A stretch of 56,765 nucleotides of DNA, counting the filler, from Nemertoderma westbladi (lineage: Eukaryota > Animalia > Xenacoelomorpha): assembly GCA_032718475.1 (NCBI GenBank). It is 3 parts of 3 records of this genome, joined end to end, with 100 filler letters (N's around TTAATTAATTAA, not from the genome) between each part and the next. Parts side by side here need not be neighbours in the genome. Positions count along the whole stretch, not along the records: positions 46,946 to 56,765 come from JAUCBJ010008200.1; 2 more parts are not named here. One strand, 5' to 3'. Under the pieces are notes generated by a model, which had not been told where the DNA came from, made no database searches, and was given only the letters and a program-made list of their open reading frames with translations. The position numbers were made by a program, and so were the translations under genes. The stretch's first letter is position 1, and every line of letters begins with the position of its first letter. This document shows positions 51,834 to 56,765 of this stretch, piece by piece.

Positions 51834-52956
51834 CAGGGGGGGGAAACTCGACGCAAATCCCAATCGACCCGTTTTTGGCGACTAATGGTCGCACCCAGTC
51901 GGCAGGTTACGGCCTATCACAAGCCTTCTTGTCTAATTAACTATAACTCATCCCGTTTTAGGCAATATGATTGGTGTAATGCTTATTGTACTGCTAAATA
52001 ATAATTTCTTAATAAAGTACTAAATGTACTTTATCTACTGTTCAGTAATACTATTTATTTATATGATAATTATAATATTCTTATATATGTTATACAGGTA
52101 TAAAGGAGACTGTTTGACCCAGTGAACTGAGGGTAAGTCACAAGTGGTCGGCAGTTCGGCTTACATATATCATCATAGGTCTACAATAGACTATAAGGAG
52201 GGTCGCTAAAAGTCGCAAAACTTTATATAGAAACTATAGGTGGAGCCGACCAATTCGACTCTTCCGACCACCTCTTGGGCCGTGCATAACGGCGACTATT
52301 CGACCCAGTGAACTGAGAGAAAGTCGCAAATAGTCGGCAGTTCGGCTTACATAATGTCATCATAGGTCTACAATAGGCGACTATTCGACCCAGTGAACTG
52401 AGAGTAAGTCGCAAGTGGTCGGCTGGTCGGTTTAGATATATCATATACATATACAGGCACAGGGGTGGTCGGAATAGTCGAATTGGTCGGCAGGGTCGGC
52501 TCCATCTATAGTTTCTATATAAAGTTTTGCGACTTTTAGCGACCCTCCATATAGTATATTGTAGACCTATGATGATATATGTAAGCCGACCACTTACGAC
52601 TTACTCTCAGTTCACTGGGTCGAATAGTCGCCTTTATACATGGCCCAACAGTGGTTGGAACTTGGCCTCACCTAAATACTTCCATGTAAACTAGCCGACT
52701 TCTAGCGATCCTCCATAAGTCACCTGTGGTCGGCTGGTCGGCTTTCATATATAATAGTTAACACATACACAATAATTAAAATAGACATTAAACATATAAT
52801 TAATAGTAAATAGTAATAAATGGCCAACTATTATATTTAGTACGTAGTATACCAATTAACCAATCAAATGCTGTACATGATAATGAGGGAGAGTAATTAG
52901 GGTAGACGCATTGTTATTGGATTCATATAGCCGACCATTGCGTCGATTTTCCCCTG
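51834..52956. mobile_element. Foldback/MITE with nested inverted and direct repeats
   Basis: Termini CAGGGG..AAACTCGACGCAA / TTGCGTCGATTTTCCCCTG. Inner arms about 52099-52270 vs 52465-52638. Repeated GACCCAGTGAACTGAG modules. Confidence 0.75.
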
Positions 52957-53082
52957 GAGAGGATAAAATTTTTCCCGTCGAAAGTCCCCCCTATCTGGAG
53001 TTATTATATACCATATCATCGGTACCTAGCTAAATAAAAAGATTAAAGTAAAAATATCGTAAAATAATATATACGTGGGACT

Positions 53083-53373
53083 GTAATCGACATACCGATA
53101 TAATTACTTTGGTTCACCTGTTCACTGCGGACAAAACACTTGACTGACTGATTTACGTATGCCTGCAGGTTAGCGGGTAGTAGTAATTGCTGTAACTAGA
53201 GGTAGGCTATTTACATCTCTATTATTTAGATCTATCTTTGTGATTTATTTAAATCACTTATTATAGCCTACCTCTACTGTGGCTAACCAGACTGCCAGAA
53301 CACGATCCTTACGGTAGTTACTTTATATTTGCCTGCACTTGTACCTAAGTAATCATATCGCTATGTCGATTAC
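53083..53373. mobile_element. Small MITE downstream of HP1
   Basis: GTAATCGACATACCGATATAATTAC vs GTAATCATATCGCTATGTCGATTAC (inverted). Inner inverted pair TAGAGGTAGGCTAT / ATAGCCTACCTCTA. Confidence 0.7.
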
Positions 53374-53560
53374 GACGCGGGGGTTATTAATTGCACGAAA
53401 TACATCGCAGATGAGCCGAACTGCGTTCACTGAGTTTACCGTACTGCAGTATAATAGTGGTATACAGAGGCGAGACACGAAATAACGGTTCTCCAGAACT
53501 CAAGTCGTTCCAGGTAGTTCAGCCAGTTACAGAGTTAGGCCTATTGCTGTATTATTAAGA

Positions 53561-54082
<522 letters not shown>

Positions 54083-55175
54083 CTAATCTCAGAATCTGTA
54101 CGGTCTGACGGTACCCCCGAGACTGTGAGAAAGAATAGGCCTACGAATACCAAATACAGGAACAAGGTTGTTCAAAAAAAAAAATGTTGTTCAAGCGCAG
54201 AATTTTTGACTCAGGAGCAGAAAAATTATATTGTGGCGCAGGTTTGCCATACTTTGAAATCTGGTCATTGTTCCAGTTCTTTCTCTCAGTCTCACTAACT
54301 ACTGCGGTTGCGGTACCGTACCGTCCACTTGTATCGAAATATTTCTGCAGTATTAATTGCTGCTGTACGTACAGCACTGTAACCTGATCTTAGAGTCTGC
54401 CGACTGTAAAAACTAGGTAGGCTACCGGTACTACTGCACTATACTGCAAAATGCACTCAGTTTTGCAAACTCAATAAATTAGTGTGTGACTGTCAGACCA
54501 AGGAAAGGCAATAAAAGGCGTACCGGACCGGTAGCATACGATACTACATACGATAATTAATAGTATACTATACTTACTAACTCCAGTAATATAATATATA
54601 TCCCATCCATCTGACGAAAACTACGCATTTTTTGATCATCGTGATATTCCCGGGATTTTAACAGAACTTCGTGGTTGAATACAATATGGGGGGATCCCTG
54701 ATAGGGGAAACTTTCGACACAAACAAAAGCACGAAATCGACGTAAAAAACAGCAGATTACTCCAAAAAATAAAACTGTAACTGTACTATTTGCTATGAAA
54801 GATTTTCATTGCTGTGGAAACTGATAGTAATTGGAGGTTTGGAAGGAACTCAAAGAGTTTGACTTTATAAGCTTTTATTTCCACATTTCGATATAAAACT
54901 TTGTGAAACAGCGGGCGCGGGCTATAAATGGGGTCTAAAAATTATTTTTTTAAAGGTTTACTGTAATGTAAACTCGTTACCAACAAACATACCATACGGT
55001 TAAAGAATAACCATATAACAAATTCTAACTCACCCAGTCAAGTTAAATACAACAAACTATATTACCATACAGATTGTTTTACAGGATATTACAGAAATTA
55101 TTTCATAAATAAAAAGGATAAAATTTTCATTTTTTTTATTACACATGGTGACCCTCAGGTGCCAGTTTTGTAATC

Positions 55176-55574
55176 TGTTTTATTCCAAAATTGTAACATT
55201 ACTCAACGCCGTTAGTATTAACAGCGAGTTGTTATTTAGCACTTTACAACTTTAGGGGACATTACAACATTGTATTGGCCTGTACATTTAGTAGTGTATT
55301 TGGTGTTAGTTAAGTAATGTCCTGTTAGTGGACATTACTTAACGCCGTCATTGGTTACCACGTAAACCTGCCAGATAGGCCTACTGCATTACCTACCGGT
55401 AGGCGAGTCATAGCTATTAATAACCAGCCACCATAAATATAAGCTAATTTTATAACATAATTTATGTCATTTTTACATTTATTTATACAGCAACTAATAT
55501 AATTTGTGCAGTTTCTATCACTTATAATGTATATGTACAATCATTTCGTAATGTTACAATTTTGGAATAAAACT
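55176..55574. mobile_element. MITE-like inverted repeat
   Basis: TTTTATTCCAAAATTGTAACATTAC (55178-55202) vs GTAATGTTACAATTTTGGAATAAAA (55548-55572). Confidence 0.7.
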
Positions 55575-55737
55575 ACATACATACTTGTTGCAAAGTACTT
55601 TACAGTGTTCTGATCCTCGTGGCTTTATTTTCACTCACTCACTAACGTTCGTTCGTGTAACAAAGCCACTCGGATCATCACACTGTAAAGTGCTACTTTA
55701 CACACAAGTATGTAAATAGTTATTATTATTTGAACGT

Positions 55738-56010
55738 TCCACCCTGGTGTAGTGGTTGCATTGAATTCACATCTCCCGTAGGTCGTGGGTTCGATCCTCA
55801 CATGGGCCAGGGCAGTTTTCGGCAAGAATGCTTTAAAGGGACCAGCCAGGGCGCATCTCCTATGCCTTGCATCCTTAAGTGGTAGCTAAATGAGTATTGG
55901 AGTTTCCTCTGGGGAGTAAAGTTCTGGGGGGACCGCACTGGAAATAAGTCGTCAGACTTTGTGCGTAATCCCTGGCCTAGCGGCCGAAGAAAATTTACGT
56001 TTTTTACTTT
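55738..56010 (+). mobile_element. tRNA-derived SINE
   Basis: Pol III A box TGGTGTAGTGG (55745-55755) and B box GGTTCGATCC (55788-55797). Head ends GGGCCA. Central AAATGAGTA...GGGGAGTAAAG block, 3' stem-loop and T-rich tail. Confidence 0.8.
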
Positions 56011-56057
56011 TTATTATTTGTTTTGCAAACTTGCGACTTTTGCAAACTCGTTCGAAT

Positions 56058-56409
56058 GACTTTACAAAACTCAGTGAAACAAATCTAATTGGCTGGAGTG
56101 GATTCTATACCTATCAAGTTTGTTTCAATATTTTAGCGGATCAGATTGGGCCCAATCTGTATCCGTGCCGCTGTCACCTTGACCTTTTAATTAATGTGGG
56201 GAATTTAAAAAAGATTCGACGTAGTAGTCCTATTATAGTTTTGGGTTGAATACTTGCATTTTAGTTGTCCCATAACACAATAATGCTTAAAATGTCTCAA
56301 ACTTATCTTCTTTTAATTTATCTGATTTTTTAGTTTTTTTTATTGGATATTTGTTGGTATAGAAACCACTCCAGCCAATTAGATTTGTTTCCTCAAGTTT
56401 TGTAAAGTC
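56058..56409. mobile_element. MITE-like element with about 54-bp inverted arms
   Basis: GACTTTACAAAACT..GAAACAAATCTAATTGGCTGGAGTGG.TTCTATACC (56058-56111) is inverted at 56356-56409. Confidence 0.75.
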
Positions 56410-56519
56410 GGCGAAACAAATAAAAACAGGTTACAAAACTGACCGCTCAGGCTCACCATAATAGTAGATTCTACAAATTTATACTTTAGTATTTGACAAT
56501 TATTAAAGGATCTACAAAC

Positions 56520-56717
56520 CTGTTCTGTTGAGTAACGCATTTCGTCGGTGGGTTGTTGTCGTTGCTCCGGTGACAGTTGCTGTTGGCAACCGGATGGATT
56601 ACCTTCTACTGGCTGGCACGGGTCCCCCATGACAACCGCGTAGTATGTCTGTCCGGTTGACGCTGATTGGTCGGCATAGACTTGGGCGGGACTTTCAATA
56701 GGATGTACATAGGCAAC
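56520..56717 (-). CDS. Candidate internal exon (198 bp, phase 0/0) of an unknown Q/P-rich host protein
   Basis: TATATGCAG| acceptor and CAG|GTTTGT donor bracket an open GC-richer frame VAYVHPIESPAQ...RYSTEQ. Confidence 0.5.
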
Positions 56718-56765
56718 CTGCATATAAATATAAATCAACTTCAATCGGTCAATTCCCCATATCTG

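Noticed and set aside
55738-55808. tRNA gene
   Set aside because: A and B boxes are present, but the acceptor and anticodon stems do not form well, and a SINE body follows.

Overview
Repeat-dense, heterochromatin-like window of an invertebrate animal genome scaffold, with two 100-bp assembly gaps that each carry a TTAATTAATTAA linker. It holds three apparently intact single-exon host ORFs. These are a GPI-type, 10-Cys, three-finger/Ly6-like surface protein (14875-15570, +), a secreted beta-trefoil plus lysenin/aerolysin-like putative pore-forming protein (36894-37922, -), and HP1/chromobox (53561-54061, -). Two further candidate exons are isolated. The rest is nested mobile DNA. One RTE LINE family appears as a near full-length copy, two truncated copies, a fragment and a 61-bp satellite amplified from its coding sequence. 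Also present are a degenerate two-ORF LINE with a 15-bp TSD, a BEL/Pao element interrupted by an RTE copy (10-bp TSD), Gypsy, Penelope, mariner and Academ remnants, a tRNA-derived SINE and many MITEs. A Penelope-type inverted-repeat insertion with a 17-bp TSD carries two minimal hammerhead-ribozyme-like motifs with a variant core. Tandem arrays have 25, 62, 18, 61 and 43 bp units. Family assignments come from remembered motifs, not database searches.
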